The position numbers were made by a program, and so were the translations under genes. DNA of 64,000 nucleotides, from positions 90,226,688-90,290,687 of the forward strand of contig NC_068988.1 in the NCBI RefSeq assembly GCF_001194135.2, given 5' to 3'. Numbering within the stretch: the first letter of the stretch is position 1; the number at the start of each line of letters is the position of its first letter. The notes beneath the pieces are model-generated. The model was given only the letters and a program-made list of their open reading frames with translations. It ran no database searches and was not told where the DNA came from. Shown in pieces: positions 1 to 13,308 of this stretch. Origin of the DNA: Octopus bimaculoides. Its lineage: Eukaryota.

Positions 1-266
1 ATTCCATCCTTGGGAAGCGTGAAAACTACCCTGGGAAAGCTATGTTAGAATTTTCATATAGAATTTTGAAGAGATAGGAACGTTACTGTCACGACCATCC
101 GCTTCCTCAACTTCCTCATCTTCCTCTTTCTCATCATCACCATCATCGTCGTCATCAGCGATATCATCATGTCCAACACTTTAATTTCAATTGTAATTCT
201 AAATTTCGCCGTTGCCTCTATAAGGCAAATATATATTTCATATATCTATCTATTTACCTTCCTCTT

Positions 267-319
<53 letters not shown>

Positions 320-502
320 NNNNNNNNNNNNNNNNNNNNNNNNNNNNNNNNNNNNNNNNNNNNNNNNNNNNNNNNNNNNNNNNNNNNNNNNNNNNNNNNN
401 NNNNNNNNNNNNNNNNNNNNNNNNNNNNNNNNNNNNNNNNNNNNNNNNNNNNNNNNNNNNNNNNNNNNNNNNNNNNNNNNNNNNNNNNNNNNNNNNNNNN
501 NN

Positions 503-780
503 TATATATATTAATGGACATTAAGTACAGGACATCACGAACGAATGAAAAATACGTAAACGCACGAAAGAAAAGTTCACAACAAAATACCAAAAGTAGA
601 TAAATCGCTCATCAGTTGTCGACTTATTACTACCCATTTGGTGCTTTTAATGACAAGATAAGAATCCTTCATAAGACAGCAGCATCCAGAAATATTTATC
701 CCTTTGGAAATAATCGAAAGATTACAATAGCTGCATAGCAGATCCTTATTGTACTTTCGAGCTAATATAATTACCATGTA
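503..780 (-). repeat. Dispersed repeat, Penelope-like terminal-repeat type; related copies at 10732-10890 and 11602-11830 (+)
   Basis: Reverse complement shares TACGTATTTTTC-N-TCGTT-N-TGATGTCCTGTACTTAATG, AGCTCGAAA and GACAACTGA(T/G)GA with 11602-11830. All three copies end at AT-rich or (TA)n sequence. PLE assignment is inferred from the CTGANGA motif only. Confidence 0.5.
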
Positions 781-992
781 AACATCTATGAGGATTCATT
801 AAGCACTTATGCACTCTTCTATCCTTTGAAGTTTCAGCAATTACCTTTGAACTAATTACACTTTTATAAATGAATTTAAGAAATTACGAATGTAATTGTA
901 AATTTTAATTGAATTTCCGAATTGATTAGGTCAAATTATCGTTTCATATAATTCAGTAAGTCTACAACTTTCGGTATTTGTATGTATATTTG

Positions 993-1063
<71 letters not shown>
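993..1063. repeat. (AGAT)n microsatellite; further (AGAT)n at 14764-14940, 31118-31152, 38640-38812, 45645-45715
   Basis: Direct tandem repeat visible. Confidence 0.95.
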
Positions 1064-1064
<1 letters not shown>

Positions 1065-2189
1065 AAGAAAAATATATACATGTATTCATGCGTACATGTA
1101 TATGTTTATTACTATATATATATATAGACGAATGCATACATAAGTGTGTATGTTTGTTTGTGTGTGCTATGGATGTTTGAAGATCATATATGTAAGTACG
1201 CATGTGCCTGTGTATGTCTATATGTATTTGTGTGTGTGTTTGTGTGTCTACGTGCTTGTGTGTTTGTGTGTATGTGTGTGTTTATGATGAAATATTTATA
1301 TGTTTTTTTCANNNNNNNNNNNNNNNNNNNNNNNNNNNNNNNNNNNNNNNNNNNNNNNNNNNNNNNNNNNNNNNNNNNNNNNNNNNNNNNNNNNNNNNNN
1401 NNNNNNNNNNNNNNNNNNNNNNNNNNNNNNNNNNNNNNNNNNNNNNNNNNNNNNNNNNNNNNNNNNNNNNNNNNNNNNNNNNNNNNNNNNNNNNNNNNNN
1501 NNNNNNNNNNNNNNNNNNNNNNNNNNNNNNNNNNNNNNNNNNNNNNNNNNNNNNNNNNNNNNNNNNNNNNNNNNNNNNNNNNNNNNNNNNNNNNNNNNNN
1601 NNNNNNNNNNNNNNNNNNNNNNNNNNNNNNNNNNNNNNNNNNNNNNNNNNNNNNNNNNNNNNNNNNNNNNNNNNNNNNNNNNNNNNNNNNNNNNNNNNNN
1701 NNNNNNNNNNNNNNNNNNNNNNNNNNNNNNNNNNNNNNNNNNNNNNNNNNNNNNNNNNNNNNNNNNNNNNNNNNNNNNNNNNNNNNNNNNNNNNNNNNNN
1801 NNNNNNNNNNNNNNNNNNNNNNNNNNNNNNNNNNNNNNNNNNNNNNNNNNNNNNNNNNNNNNNNNNNNNNNNNNNNNNNNNNNNNNNNNNNNNNNNNNNN
1901 NNNNNNNNNNNNNNNNNNNNNNNNNNNNNNNNNNNNNNNNNNNNNNNNNNNNNNNNNNNNNNNNNNNNNNNNNNNNNNNNNNNNNNNNNNNNNNNNNNNN
2001 NNNNNNTATATATATATATATATCAAAACAACTCAATAGTCACAGAAGCACTATCTTAATGATTGACAAATGAGACAAGCTCCTTACGGTCGCAGATAGA
2101 GCCAGATCATCAGCGGTCTTGCATTTTGATGTTTAACGCATCTTAATGCTCTTCGGTGGCTCTTACCGCACTTGGGGTTAAACTCATCT

Positions 2190-2749
2190 AGCCTTGCTAG
2201 TTTTTAAGATTTCCGTTGAAACCATACGCTGGTTTCATAAATGGTAAAAGTAATGATATGAGTAGGTAATTTGTAATTTTACAACCTAAAGGCAGAAATA
2301 TGTACGTCGCTAAAGTGACGTATGTATGTATGTATGTGTGCAGATATGTATGTTTTGCTTTATGTATGTAGTCTCTTGTATATAGCGGCATATATAGACA
2401 TGCTCATATATATTTAATTGATAAACCTCTGGGAAGTTTTAGGGATTATTACATTTCCAGTGATCGATTGGATCTATAGTCTTTGAATTAGCTTTCTCCT
2501 ATTTGGATTTCAGAAACCTAATTTTTCAAGATTTGTACTTAGGCAGTGTGTTATATATCCAAGGGTCCCAATAATTACAGGTTTAAACCTAAACTTGTAA
2601 GCTGGATAGAATAACTGCAAGTTTCTCAATAGTTCATCGTAGGAATTCTTGTTTTTTCCACTGATCTTCAGCTTTATGTTAACATCAATTGGGACGCTAA
2701 TTTCCACAACTGCACACAGTTTCTCTTCTCTATTCCAAATCCTTATATC
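2190..2749 (-). mobile_element. 5'-truncated non-LTR retrotransposon fragment with restriction-like endonuclease (R4/Dong-like) C-terminus
   Basis: Minus strand reads DIRIWNREEKLCAVVEISVPIDVNIKLKISGKNKNSYDELLRNLQLFYPAYKFRFKPVIIGTLGY...RKLIQRL*IQSITG, a PD-(D/E)xK RLE tail. The 5' junction runs into (CATA)n at 2750-2830. 3' boundary approximate. Confidence 0.75.
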
Positions 2750-3000
2750 ATATGTATGTATGTATGTATGTATTTATGTATGTATGTATGTATGTATGTA
2801 TGTATGCATGTATGTATGTATGTGTGCATGTATATATATATATATTCATATATGTTTATTTCTATATGCACACATACATATATATTCGTATATATGAATA
2901 TGTATTTGAATATGTATATATATGCATATGCATATGTATACATAGATTCGAACATCAAGGAATATTCGTATCAAAATTAGTAGATTTATAATATTCCAAG

Positions 3001-3148
3001 TGTGGCCTTGAAAAGGAGAAGAATGCAGGATGATGACGTCATACTCGCTGAATCGGAAAGTTCTGAGTATCCAAGTGCACTTGCTGGGAGTCATTTCGAT
3101 TCTGTTGTTGACGGAGGCACTCCAGCTGAGATAGTTGTCAACAATTAA
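3001..3148 (+). CDS. Candidate terminal coding exon of an unknown host gene (VALKRRRMQDDDVILAESESSEYPSALAGSHFDSVVDGGTPAEIVVNN*)
   Basis: AG at 2999-3000, open frame to TAA at 3146-3148, non-repetitive and more GC-rich than its flanks, repeated off-frame TGA from NNT-GAN codon pairs, AATAAA at 3351-3356. No homolog recognised. Confidence 0.3.
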
Positions 3149-3437
3149 TCCAAAGTCCCTGATATTATGAGATGATGTAAGTAGTCCCCCGGAAGGAAGA
3201 GAATATGGTTGCTTTAACCCATGTTTGTGTGTGTGAAGTAAGCAATTCTAATGAAATAGTACCACCAAAAATACTGTTATAAAACCTGTTTAAAAGGATG
3301 TGAAAAGACACTGGTTTTCGCGAATCAAAACATGCACGTCTACAATTATCAATAAAAGTTTCGTATCTAGGCAGAAGGGTCCCCACCTTGTACTTGATTT
3401 GTACTGTATTTTATCGCCTCTACAAAGATTACAAGCG

Positions 3438-3486
<49 letters not shown>

Positions 3487-3490
<4 letters not shown>

Positions 3491-3610
3491 GAGTGGTTTC
3501 AGTTTCCGCCTATCAAATCCGCTCACAAACTTTCGATGAGCCTTAGGCTGTAGTTGCAGACACTTCCCAAAAATTCCATGCAGCGGGCCTGAACCCAGAG
3601 CGCCTTGATA
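3487..3610 (-). mobile_element. tRNA-derived CORE-type SINE fragment
   Basis: Reverse complement matches the GCAAGTGTCT...TGTGAGTGGATTTGGTAGACGGAAACTGAAA body of the 25690-26060 copy. Confidence 0.75.
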
Positions 3611-3819
3611 CACACCCACACCCGTGCCTATATATATGCATACACGACGAACTTTCCCGTCGTTAGACGACGTATGAGGGTTCAACAATTCCTTACCGAA
3701 CAGCCACACAGATGATTTGTTTATAGTGATAAAATGGTTGAGTACACATAAGCTCACTTCCTCCATCAAATCGACATTACACGTTAAGGTGCAACAGATG
3801 ACGAAATGATCGCAGATCA

Positions 3820-3932
3820 ACTTGAAATTAAATGCTTTGCTCAAGAACACAACGCAACGCCTGGTCTGAGATACAAACCCATGATCTCGCAATCCTGTGT
3901 GCAACACCTTCACCACTGAGCCATATGCCTTC
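3820..3932 (-). mobile_element. tRNA-derived SINE head
   Basis: Reverse complement has an A-box-like TGGCTCAGTGG and shares GTTGTGTTCTTGAGCAA with the 63585-63905 SINE. Confidence 0.7.
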
Positions 3933-5284
3933 TAATACATACAGACACACAAACACTCACACGCGCACACACATACACAGAAACACACACATATATATAT
4001 ATATGCATATATGTATGTGTGTATATCCATATATATANNNNNNNNNNNNNNNNNNNNNNNNNNNNNNNNNNNNNNNNNNNNNNNNNNNNNNNNNNNNNNN
4101 NNNNNNNNNNNNNNNNNNNNNNNNNNNNNNNNNNNNNNNNNNNNNNNNNNNNNNNNNNNNNNNNNNNNNNNNNNNNNNNNNNNNNNNNNNNNNNNNNNNN
4201 NNNNNNNNNNNNNNNNNNNNNNNNNNNNNNNNNNNNNNNNNNNNNNNNNNNNNNNNNNNNNNNNNNNNNNNNNNNNNNNNNNNNNNNNNNNNNNTGTGTG
4301 AGTATCTATGTATGTATGCATGTACATATGTATGCACATTATATTATATTGCATATTTATATATACATATATGATGTCACCTCATTTATCAAACATTAAA
4401 TATTCCTCAACATGAAGTCTAACTATCTTAAGCACTTTGTATTTCTTATTGTTTTGGCAACAATCTTTTAATTGTCTTTCCTACGTTGCTGTTATTAAAG
4501 ATGGCGTCGTTGTCGCACAAGCTGATGATGCTGGGGTTGTGAATTTATTCATGTTGTTGGCGTTGCGATACTGCCAGATTTTTCATATCTTTAATGACAG
4601 TGTTATATTTCATTTCACTCTCCTCTTTTCTCTCTTCTTTCTATTTCTCTCTCCTCTGTCTCTTCCACCCTTTCTCCCTTCCTCTTCCAGTTTCTCTCTC
4701 CGTCTCATGTTTCCATTGATATTCTAAATATTTCTATTTAATCACATTTGTTTATTTCCTATTTTGATAAATCCGCCGTATTGCCAACCAGATGTCAACG
4801 CTGGAGCCAAAAATCTCTGATTTACCAATAATCATAATAAACAAGAGTTGGATCAAGATTCGATCCTTCATTTCGTTCCAGTGTTGACAATACACATGAC
4901 ATTGTCTTAACACAAAGGTCATGCACAATTCAGATATATAACAAACATACGCCCCAAAACACAAACATAACATCACCACATACAGTTATCGCATACTGCT
5001 CAAATAGATACATACCTACGAATCTCTCTGCGTGTTTAACACCGCTTTCCTAACTTTCCTTCTTTATTATTCCCCTATGCTTTTTCTCTCTCTCTCTCTC
5101 ATTCTCTTTGTCTTCCTACATTTTAATTGAACATATATATGTGTGCGTGTGTGTGTGTTTGTATGTGTGTGTGTGCGTGTGTATATATATAGATAGATAG
5201 ATGATATGCATAAGTATGCATACGTTGACAGACATACACTCATCACTATAATATACATACACACACACACACAGACACACATAC

Positions 5285-5341
<57 letters not shown>

Positions 5342-5399
5342 CTTAAATTAGACCTAGGAGAATAATTTGATTCCTCCACTTATTCCCTGAATGTTAAAA

Positions 5400-8348
5400 C
5401 CAACACAGGTAATAAATTTCAGTCTGTCTTAGACAAATATTTTCCAGAAAATCAAAGAAAATCAACCAAACAACGAAGACAGAACTATGGGAAAACCTTA
5501 ACACCAAATAACATAAACATGAACTATGTACCCTCTGACCAAGTGACAAATCAAAGAGGCAACACTTTTTTACTAACTTATCTAGAAAATATGAAAGCCG
5601 ACCTAAGCCAGGAGATCCGACGAGCTATCAGCAACCATTTATGCAAAACACAAGGAACACACACACACCACCACCAACTAGAATATCATACACACACAGC
5701 TCCATACAAAAACTACCCTCAGTGCTACCCCTGAACAACATAAAACATCAAACTACCCTTACCTCGATATTCCTGTTAAATGTACGTGGCATCAACCCAT
5801 CACTCATTGCCCAAAAATGGAAGATCCCATACATAGAGAGTTGGCTTGACGAAACCGCACATTGCTTCCCTTTCTTTATCCTCACTGAAACTCACCTAAA
5901 CAGCACAAATGTGGATGCCGAAGTAAAAATAAAATATTGCACCATCGTCCGCGCAGATCGTAGAGACCGAAAGTGGGGACAGCCGTCTTTCTCCATGACC
6001 ACTTTTCAGTTGATGCCAAGGACATATTTTCCAATGGCTATTGTGAATCCATATCACTATTCAACAAGGTCAAAGACGTAACCATTGTTGGTCTTTACAG
6101 GCCACGCCAAGCACCTCTAAAGTGCTTCGAAGAGTACCTCAATAAAATCAAGTCCTTCCTTCAAAAATACAACTCCGGAAACATACTAGTAATGAGTGAT
6201 TCTAACCTCCCTCATATAAACTGGCCCACAAATACTTTGAAGTTAGGCAGACGCTCTACATTAGATAAAGCAGCAGCAGAATTACTCTTTAATCTGATGG
6301 ATAAATTCTTCCTGACTCAGCTAGTGCTCGAACCAACAAGACGGAATAAAATGATCTCGGATCTAATATTAACCAACCACTCTAACTCCGTTCACAGTAT
6401 TTCAGTTGAAACATTTCTCCTCTCAGACCACGACATGATACTCTGCAATTTTACTTCCCGGCATATCAAAACCAAACCAGCCAATCTCGTTCCAGGGCAC
6501 TCATTTGACAACTTAAACTCCCACAAAGAGGACTGGGGAGCAATCAGAAAGGACCTGTCCTTCATTGCTTGGTCTTTCACTCTCAGTTCCACTCACATTG
6601 AGACCCGCATGGCAACACTTTGAGAGCATCGTCACCTATACATGCTCAAAACACGCTCCTACGAAATCCACTAACACAAACAAAAACCAGCTCCCTAAAA
6701 AGAAAAACACACTCATCAGGTGCATCAAAAGACTCAATAAAAAAATCAACCAATTAAAATACTCCCTCATACAACATCCACATTCAACAATAATGAAAAG
6801 GCTGGAGTTGGAAAAACTTCATCTACGGACATACATGAAAACATCCATTGAAAATCAAAGAGCTGCGGAGGAACAGTGGGTAATCAAAAACATCAAACTG
6901 AACCCAAGAGTGTTTTATTCTTATGAAAATAAGAATAGAACCGCTGTCTCACTCATTGGGCCATTGGTTGATGGTAACGACATTCCCCGACACGATGCTA
7001 AAGAAATGGCAGAAATACTGCAGAAACAATACTGCTCTGTCTTTAGTGATTCCACTGATATCGACGTAAGGGAGGCGAACGAAGTTGATTCCCAACATAG
7101 AATCTCGGACGTAACCTCCACTGCTTCAGACATCATAGCAGCAATACATGAGGTCAAATACTATTCTGCTGTAGGCCCTGATAGATACCCCCACAAGTCT
7201 ACTGAAGGAATGTAGACACCAACTTGCAGTCCCTCTGGCCAACCTCTGGAGAAATTCTTTAGACTCAGGTTATACACCGAAACAGCTGCTATCCCAGTCT
7301 GTGATCCCAGTTCTCAAACAGGAAAACAGATCCCTCGCAGCCAACTATCACCCAATCTCATTCATCTCCCACATCATCAAAGTGTTTGAAAGGGTAGTAA
7401 GATCAAGGATAGCTGACTTCCTGGAGACCCACAAACTTCTAAATTCAAACCAGCATGGCTTTGATTGTGGCATGGACCGTCTAACACAGCTCTTACACCA
7501 AATTGAAGATATACTTAAGGCCTTGGGAACAGGTTCAAACGCTGATGTTATATATCTTGACTTCAGTAAAGCGCTCGACAGGGTTGACCATAATATCTTA
7601 CTCACCAAATTGGCAAATGTTGGAATCCGTGGGAAACTTCTACACTGGATTAAGTATTTCCTGGAGAATAGAACACAAGACGTTGTTGTCGATGGAACCC
7701 ACTCAAGCACAGAAAAAGTCCCTCAGTGGTGTGTCCCTCAGGGGACTATCTTGGGCCTGCTCCTCTTTATAATTTACATAAATGACCTTTCCAGCGTCTT
7801 ACATCACTGCAAAGTGAAAATAATTCCTGATGACAATAAGCTCCAGCAAATCATCAATGAAGAAGAAGACCGAACTCAACTCCAGTCTGATCTATAAGCT
7901 GTGAGTCAATGGGCAGACAAAAACAAAATGAAACTGAACGAGAAAATTTGAGCTGATGCATTTTGGAAGAAACTCTATACTAAAACAGCCATACTCTCTT
8001 CCTTCGGGGGAACCGCTCACGGCATCCAATAATATCAGAGATTCGGGTGTAACTGTTGACAACAATCACAATTGGAGTGTCCACATCAACAATAAGGTCA
8101 ATATAGCTCGTAGGATGAGCTCCTGGATCTTAAGAACCTTCTGGTCCAGAGAACAAGGTATCATCATTCAACTTTTCTCCTCCTTTGTACGGCCACACCT
8201 CGAATACTTCTGCCCCTTGTGGTCTCCCCATACAAAACAAAACATCTTGAGGATTGAATCACGCCAGAGGGCACTCACTAAACGAATTGTAGGCATGACC
8301 GATCTTGATACTGGGGGCGCCTTAAAGCCTTGAAGCTGTACTCTCCCT
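5400..8348 (+). mobile_element. Degraded CR1-like LINE: end of ORF1 (about 5400-5734) and ORF2 with APE endonuclease and reverse transcriptase; multiple frameshifts and stops
   Basis: APE motifs LLNVRG, FFILTETHL, GLYRP, SDSNLPHINW, EPTRRNKMISDLILTN, SDHDMI. RT motifs YHPISFISHIIKVFERVV, NQHGF, YLDFSKALDRVDH, VPQGTILGLLLFIIYINDL, IPDDNKL. CR1-type tail RPHLEYFCPLWSPH. No 3' UTR seen. Confidence 0.93.
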
Positions 8349-8894
8349 AAGAATTAGGACAGGTTTGATTTCTATTTCTATTTCTAGCAAGATAGCTTAT
8401 GACATAGAAGCGTCTTAATTGCTTCGATGCATAGGAACATTTTAAACATCTGTAAGCAGCAATGCTCATAGGAGCAAGTGATCGTTATATCTTCTAAGCT
8501 GACACTTGGCAGCGAATCAGATCATCTGCTTGCGTGGTATCAATCAAAAAGGAAGCATTTTACTAGACATTACAAAAAACAGTCCTTTGTCAGTAATTCT
8601 AATTATTTATAAATCCCGGGAACATTGTTGGATCACAACTACTTTTTAAAATGTACACCAACATCACCATCAGAATCGTAAACATCAGCATTTTCATCAA
8701 TTTGTTATCAATACATTAGTGTTACTTCATCTAAGTTCAGCAGATTTATGTTCATGGTCAGATGAGAATCTGTCAGCAATTTTCTTGTAATGAACTTAAT
8801 AAGAATCGCTTCTCACATCATGATCGTCATTATCACAATGACAACAACTACTACTACTACTATGCTACTACTACTACTACAATAATAATAGTGA

Positions 8895-9290
8895 TTTTAA
8901 ATTTTGGCACAAGGCCAGCAATTATATAGAGTAGCGGTTAATCGATTACATGATTTGAACTCAGAACGTAATGAACCTGAATAAACGTCATTACTAATAA
9001 TGTTAATTAATAGTAATTCTTTATACAATATTTGATAGTAGGGGGGGGGAGGGGTTAGTCGTATAATCGACCGTCATGCTCGACTGGACCTAATTTACCA
9101 AAACTCAAAGTTAGTTAATGTTTTCTAATTTTAGCACAGGGCAAGCAGTTCTAATGGAAGGGCTAAGTCAATTACACTGACACCTGTATTTTGTTCATAT
9201 TGCATTTTGCTGCCTTCCCGAAGTGATGAAATGCAACGTTAACAGCAACGTGATTTGAACTCATAACACAGAGCACTTTTTGACACGAAA
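8895..9290 (-). mobile_element. Several fragments of the ATT-tract-associated SINE-like family (same family as 33296-36257)
   Basis: Reverse complements of TGAGTTCAAAT, GTAATCGA and GGCCTTGTGCCAAAATTT blocks, among (AAT)n/(ACT)n tracts. Confidence 0.65.
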
Positions 9291-9322
9291 ACAGTTTTTT
9301 CCTAGTCGTAGCATTAATAAAA

Positions 9323-9324
<2 letters not shown>

Positions 9325-9378
<54 letters not shown>

Positions 9379-9500
9379 CCTACGCAAAACACTTTCAATA
9401 CAGTAACCATAAGAGTATCACAGCAAACCACAGCACATACCCAAGACACACAGAGCTGCGCTGGGTAGTGAAGTGAAAGCACGTTATAAAAATAAAACTA

Positions 9501-9543
<43 letters not shown>
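9325..9543. repeat. (AAT)n microsatellites (9325-9378, 9504-9543)
   Basis: Direct tandem repeat. Confidence 0.95.
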
Positions 9544-10731
9544 TTCTAGCTTATGCAAAAAGGCTAATTGAATTATCTTATTGGATAGCCAAGGTTAATT
9601 ACCGTTGTGTGCATTTAATTGAAGGCAACAGAGTATTGTCAAGTTGCGAACTAAACAGCACACACACCAACGCATACACGCATTCAAATTACTCGCATAC
9701 ACATACACCCGCATACATACGTACATACTAGAATCATATACATTTACAGAAACAGCAATATACACACTGACACGCGCGCGAAGACTGAAACATACATTTG
9801 AACGTGTAAGAATAAATATATACACGCTTGCATTCTTCCAGGCACCAACTCACGTACAAACATTTAGGCCATCAATTCAAACATACACATCAAATCACTC
9901 AGTTACATACACACACGATGTTTTTGTATAAAACCGCTCTTAATCATGCATATATGGGGTCAATTTTCATAGTGCTAAGGGACTATTTAACCTTCAGATA
10001 CCTAGGAACAATTACACGTTATTGATTTAATTATAAAAAAAACGTGTCAAATAATTGAGGCCGAACATCTGTAAATTATTTAGCATTTGGTATTCACAAA
10101 GCAGAGTCCACGTTTATTCTCGAGGGAGAGAAGCAGCACCTCTACTTTTTCTCCGTCGCTTGGAATAATAAGAACAGAGCTGATAAGTGTACATTCACAC
10201 ACACATAAACAGATACACGCTTGTACGAAAACAGACACACATTCGTGCACACACATATACACATTCATTATACATATATACATATATACATACATATACA
10301 TACATACACATAAGTATATATCCTCCATTGTTTACTCTCTCATCCTTTCTCGAATTCCCTTTTTCTCGCCTTCACCGTTTTTTATCTGTATCTCCCTCCC
10401 CCTCTTCCTCTTGTTTTCTCTCTCGTTGCTCAGACGTGTCCTTCGTCCATCTTTCTTTTCCTCCTTTTCTTCCAGTACTATCCTAAAGACTGGACGTATC
10501 CTATCTCTATTTTCTATCTTTTCTCTTGTCAAAGAAAATATTTCTCAAGCGTTCGCTACTTTACCCTCGTTCTGGTCCAACGACCCTTTATGTTTGTTTT
10601 CGTTCGGTTTCCTTGTATGTCTCCACTCTCCCGCCTTTATTCCTAACTTTTACGCCCCATAAATCTCAAATTTTATTTTGTTACTTCTGGGACCAACTGT
10701 CTTCGAAGACTCATATTATCGTTCAATATGG

Positions 10732-10889
10732 TATTGAAATGAGGAGTAAATAGACAACTGATGCATGGTCATTCTGTATGTTTCTTGTCTTGTAATCCAT
10801 TTGTTTTTCTCGTTGTTTGCGTATCGAACTCAATTGTTTTCGTATTTCATGTTGTTTAATATTGGTGACGTCCTGTACCCATATATGCG

Positions 10890-10923
<34 letters not shown>

Positions 10924-11568
10924 NNNNNNNNNNNNNNNNNNNNNNNNNNNNNNNNNNNNNNNNNNNNNNNNNNNNNNNNNNNNNNNNNNNNNNNNNNNNN
11001 NNNNNNNNNNNNNNNNNNNNNNNNNNNNNNNNNNNNNNNNNNNNNNNNNNNNNNNNNNNNNNNNNNNNNNNNNNNNNNNNNNNNNNNNNNNNNNNNNNNN
11101 NNNNNNNNNNNNNNNNNNNNNNNNNNNNNNNNNNNNNNNNNNNNNNNNNNNNNNNNNNNNNNNNNNNNNNNNNNNNNNNNNNNNNNNNNNNNNNNNNNNN
11201 NNNNNNNNNNNNNNNNNNNNNNNNNNNNNNNNNNNNNNNNNNNNNNNNNNNNNNNNNNNNNNNNNNNNNNNNNNNNNNNNNNNNNNNNNNNNNNNNNNNN
11301 NNNNNNNNNNNNNNNNNNNNNNNNNNNNNNNNNNNNNNNNNNNNNNNNNNNNNNNNNNNNNNNNNNNNNNNNNNNNNNNNNNNNNNNNNNNNNNNNNNNN
11401 NNNNNNNNNNNNNNNNNNNNNNNNNNNNNNNNNNNNNNNNNNNNNNNNNNNNNNNNNNNNNNNNNNNNNNNNNNNNNNNNNNNNNNNNNNNNNNNNNNNN
11501 NNNNNNNNNNNNNNNNNNNNNNNNNNNNNNNNNNNNNNNNNNNNNNNNNNNNNNNNNNNNNNNNNNNN

Positions 11569-11605
<37 letters not shown>

Positions 11606-11830
11606 AAAGCTCGAAATAAGGAGTAAGTAACAGACGACAACTGAGGAGGGTTCAATTTCGGTGGTATATTGTACCGTACGTGTCTCTCATCATGTGCTTA
11701 CGTGTTTTTCACACGTTGATGATGTCCTGTTTTTATTGTATATTGTTTGGTAATTCGTCCTGTACTTATCGCTCGGGTGTCTACGTATTTTTCGCTCGTT
11801 GGTGATGTCCTGTACTTAATGGATTTTATA
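10732..11830 (+). repeat. Two tandem copies (10732-10890, 11602-11830) of the Penelope-like terminal-repeat family, separated by (TA)n and a gap
   Basis: Both carry GAAAT(G/A)AGGAGTAA...GACAACTGA and end with TTGGTGA(C/T)GTCCTGTAC. Confidence 0.55.
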
Positions 11831-11899
11831 ATTATTTTTATATTATATATATACTTTGTTGACGTTATCATTTTTCTATTTGACATTTGATAGCCGTTA

Positions 11900-13010
11900 C
11901 CTTTGGCGTACTTTAGCAGCAAATTGCACGTAATTTTGTCTACAGCTGTTCAGTGTCGATCTTAAAATTGAGTGAGTGCAAAAGCGAACATTTTCGCTTT
12001 TTTATTTCCGTAAAGGCAAGAAAGCTGCTGTGGCTCACGAAGAGATATATGTTTATGGTGTTGTTTGCTTAATAGAACCAACGTGTGTGAAATGTTTAAA
12101 AACTTCCGTTCTGGAGATTTTTCAATCAAAGAACACCAATGATGTGGTCGACCTGATGAAGTTGATGATGACCGAATCACAGAATCACTGAATGTGATTG
12201 TCATATAAACTGTGCTAGAAATTGCGGAAAAGGTTAAATATATCACACACAGCAATTGAAAATCACTTAAAACGTCTTGGACTCGTGAAGAAGCTCGATA
12301 TTTGGGTTTCACATAAATTGAATTTGTTTCACTTAACACAATGAATCAATGTTTGCGATATGCAGCTGAAACGCAATGAAATCGATCTTGTTTTGAAGCG
12401 AATAATCACTGGTGGTGAAAAATGGATTTTCTACAATAACATAAATCGAAAATGATCATGGTCCAAGTGTAAAGAGCCAGCACAAACCACATCGAAAGCT
12501 GAATTGCATCAAAAAATGTCATGCTATCAGTTTGGTGGGATTATAAAGATGTTATGTATTTTGCGCTGCTTCCAAGGAACCAAACGATCACTTCAAATAT
12601 TTACCGCCAAAAGCCGATAAAACTGGAGGATGAAATCAACGAAAAACGGCCAGTATATGATCAGGACAACACTAGACCACACACTTCTTTGCTAACTCCT
12701 GAAAAATTATTGGAGCTTGGATGGGGAACGATATCACATCCACCATATAGCCCTGACCTTGCAACATCAGATTACCATTAATGTCGAAGTTCTTTGAATG
12801 GTAAAAATTTGAATAATGATAATGACCTGAAATCTCACCTGCTGCAGTTTTTGACTGCTGAGGACTAGCAGTTCTATGAGCACAGAATCATGAAGTGGCC
12901 AGAAAGATGGCAAAAGGTCATGAAACAAAATGGAAAATATATAACTGATTAAAGTTCATTCCTTGTATGTAAAATAAATTACTTTTATTTCACACTAAAA
13001 ACCCGAAATA
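11900..13010 (+). mobile_element. Mariner (D,D34D) transposon remnant; pseudogenised transposase
   Basis: N-terminal HTH (FYFRKGKKAAVAHEEI), RIITGGEKWIFYNN (first catalytic D lost), MLSVWWDYK, DQDNTRPH, HPPYSPDLATSDYH with 34 residues between D2 and D3; frameshifts and stops. TIRs not recognisable. Confidence 0.92.
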
Positions 13011-13065
13011 TACACACACACATATATATGTATATATATATATATATATATATAAGTGAAATGGC

Positions 13066-13308
13066 CGAAAGTTGTATGTTTGTTGTTTGTGTGCCCTATT
13101 TAGTGGTTATGCAGGGCACAGTGGCAGCAGGCATGCTCGGATTGCGGCGAAAGTTTACAGAGAGATGTAAAATGAGGCGAAGAAGCGGCTGGACTCATCT
13201 TTTAAAATGTGGCCCGCGCAAACCTGAATGAAATCGGGTTGTAATACTGAAACAAATAAAACAATAATAAACTCTTTTAATCCCGACCAACGCCGGGTTT
13301 CTCTGTTA

